Origin: the human T2T-CHM13v2.0 reference genome, Homo sapiens
Length of the DNA: 64,000 nt
Strand: one strand, 5' to 3'
Assembly (NCBI RefSeq): GCF_009914755.1
Contig: NC_060931.1
In this document: in pieces, positions 60,820-64,000 of the stretch
Layout: each line of letters starts with the position of its first letter
Numbering within the stretch: position 1 is the first letter of the stretch
Notes under the pieces: model-generated
Told to the model about the DNA's origin: nothing
Database searches by the model: none
The model's input: only the letters and a program-made list of their open reading frames with translations
Translations under genes and position numbers: made by a program

Positions 60820-62374
60820 GCTTCCATCCTGTCACTTTTGATAAATGTGGAACAATAAACAACTCTTCTCCTGCAGCCAAAATGTATTCTAACTCATTTC
60901 TCAGAAATGAATAGGCTCTATTAGCATTTCCCATTTTATTTCCTTCCTGCAAAGTTTTCTTTAGAGTTGTAATCATGCCCTACTGTCACATCTTTTCTTT
61001 TGAACCAATGTTCTGTATTCCAGAAATCATGTAGGAAGAGAATAATGTGTTCCCTTAGATCAGTACACATTGTAAAATAGAAAGAGAAAGAGGTGCAGCA
61101 GAGAATGCACAAGGCACCCCTTTAAATAAGCAGAAATGAATTTACTTTCTGGTCCCAACTCAAACATCCCCTATTTGTTTTTATTTCATAGACTGAGATC
61201 ACAAGACTCTTGAACAGAAGAAATGCCAAGAGAGCTAGAATCTTACAGATGGTGGTATTAATAATGGAGCAAACTAGAACCAATGACAAAGACATGAAGT
61301 CTGAAAATAGCACAGAGAATATAAATATTGTGAGATGAATGTTCCCCCTTCAATTCTCCTTATTTGCCAAATATTTTCATTTCCTTTTGTCATTATAGAA
61401 AATAAAACCATGCATCACAGTCAAAAGTGCTCCACTAGCAACATTGTATGATTCACTCTTTTTGTCATACATGTCTTTAGTAATTGATGGATATTAAAAT
61501 CACACAGACTATTTAATAAGGGCTTATTTTACTTGCATCGCCACTTTGATTCAAAAAAAGATTTAAGGTAGTTAATAAGGTTAGAAGGAAAGAGAGTTAA
61601 CAAAGACAAGAACTTTAACTAGAGTCAAAACTAAAGTCAATATTTAAGAAATAAACACCACATAGTCTCCCACGCTTTCTCTGGGTGACATTTACAGCGG
61701 GTGACCAAGGAGAGGCTGAGTCATCTTTTCCACCACTGTCTACCCTGAGGGTTCATGCACAATTAGGCAGAGTTCAAACTCAGAATTCGTTGAACAAATG
61801 ACAAGCAGCATATGCACAGATGAGCAGTCTTGAACTGGGGACCAAGGTTGATTGGAACATCTGAGTTGTCTTTGAACTGTTTACCATCAGCACTGAAACT
61901 TCCCCCACATCCAATCTACCTGCCCACAAAAGTCCCATCTTCCCCAACTCCATCTGCCCTCCCCCACTTCTTAATACACAGACATACAGGTAAGGTAGCC
62001 TGGCCAATGTGTTCTTCATAGAAACTGAAAATAGCCCCCGTGACAAATTGTTAGGTCTCCTGTTCTGGGGAGGTGCTTGGTCACGGGGTGCCACCGTCAA
62101 GCCTCACTAGGTTCTCTAATTGTCATGCCTGAATTATTGCCAGAATTATTACCAGGAAAGAGGTGCAATTTTTCTTAGGATTCAAGCAAAAAAGCAGAAA
62201 AAATTTGGAATTCTCAAAATGAAAAGTAGTTGAGATGCAAAATTATAGACAAGGAAGAAGCATGTGTGTGTGGGACATATATAGTACATATAATGCAAAT
62301 GTACACATTATTCAAAAAATAAGTAATTAGCATGAAAATTAAAATAATTACATTTAAAAGGTACTGGGAGTAAT

Positions 62375-63195
<821 letters not shown>

Positions 63196-64000
63196 TTCCT
63201 GCCTTCTTAATAAGAAAAATAAAATAGTGTTGAAGTGTTGGGGCGGCGAAAATTTTTGGGGGGTGGTATGGAGAGAGAATGGACGATGTTTCTCAGGGCT
63301 GCTTCAAGCGGGATTAGGGGCGGCGTGGAAACCTAGAGTGGGAGAGATTAAGCTGAAGGGAGGTCTTGTGGTAAGGGGTGATATTGTGGGGATGTTAGAA
63401 GAAACATTTGTCGTATAGAATGATTGGTGATGGCCTAGATACGGTTTTGGATGAATTGAGAAACTAAATGGAATAACAGAAGGAGAAAAACAGGTATAAA
63501 AGGTCTAAGAATTGGGACGACTCAGGATATCTGATTAGAGAGTGCCTAAGGAGATTCAGCATAGTCCTGCCAGCAAAGATTATTTATTTACTTCAAGAGT
63601 TAAGAGTGGCAGTTTGGGGATAGCACCAGGAGATATCAGCTGTGATGGCTTGGAAAAACAGTGTAAACCGGCAGTGTAAACAACAGCAGGGCATGTATGA
63701 GTAGTTGAGAACGGTGAATAGGAGTATGACTAGACAGAAGATAGTAGGGATGACAAGTTTTTTGGGGCACAGTCTAAGTTGGTCTGGTGTCTGGAATGAG
63801 ACTGGGGCCTAATAAAAAGGAGCGTCTATACAGGAGCTTAAATGGGCTGTACCCTGTAGCATTCCGAAGACAGGCCTGAATTCTGAGAAGGGAAAGTGGT
63901 AAAAGTATTGTCCAGTCCTTTTTAAGTTGGTGGCTGAGCTTGGTGAGGTGTGTTTTTAAAAGACCTTTAGTCCGTTCTACTTTTCTTGAAGACGGAGGAC
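63196..64000 (-). mobile_element. HERV-H internal sequence (3' part), continues beyond the window
   Basis: PPT abuts the LTR. The sequence matches recalled HERVH-int 3' region (ggagagattaagctgaaggg, gctggcaggactatgctgaatctcc on the minus strand). Confidence 0.88.

Overview
This is primate, human-like genomic DNA, not a prokaryotic or phage locus. I recognise no known protein-coding exon, RNA gene or CRISPR array. Over half of the window is transposable-element derived. It holds a ~17 kb nest of plus-strand L1s with inserted Alus (1-16965), another L1MA at ~38.8-42 kb, and a full-length TSD-flanked L1PA7-like element on the minus strand (51261-58029). There are also about 20 Alus/FLAMs, MST and THE1 solo LTRs, MER DNA transposons, MIR/L2 relics, and the 3' LTR7 plus internal sequence of a minus-strand HERV-H provirus running off the right end. 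Nearly all ORFs in the track are TE or simple-repeat artefacts. The most notable non-TE structures are three. (i) A ~280-bp inverted duplication (23492-23763 / 24425-24708, 661-bp spacer) whose right arm overlaps a splice-site-bounded, UG-repeat-preceded candidate exon. (ii) A CpG-rich element at ~48.7-49.7 kb with outward-facing splice donors on both strands, across which L1/ERV orientation flips, suggesting a bidirectional promoter. (iii) Small retrotransposition or repair scars: a 51-bp TSD-flanked orphan insertion and a 37-bp micro-inversion. TE subfamily names come from recalled consensus motifs and need RepeatMasker/Dfam confirmation. I cannot name the locus, and I see no solid evidence of a new biological system, only testable hypotheses.
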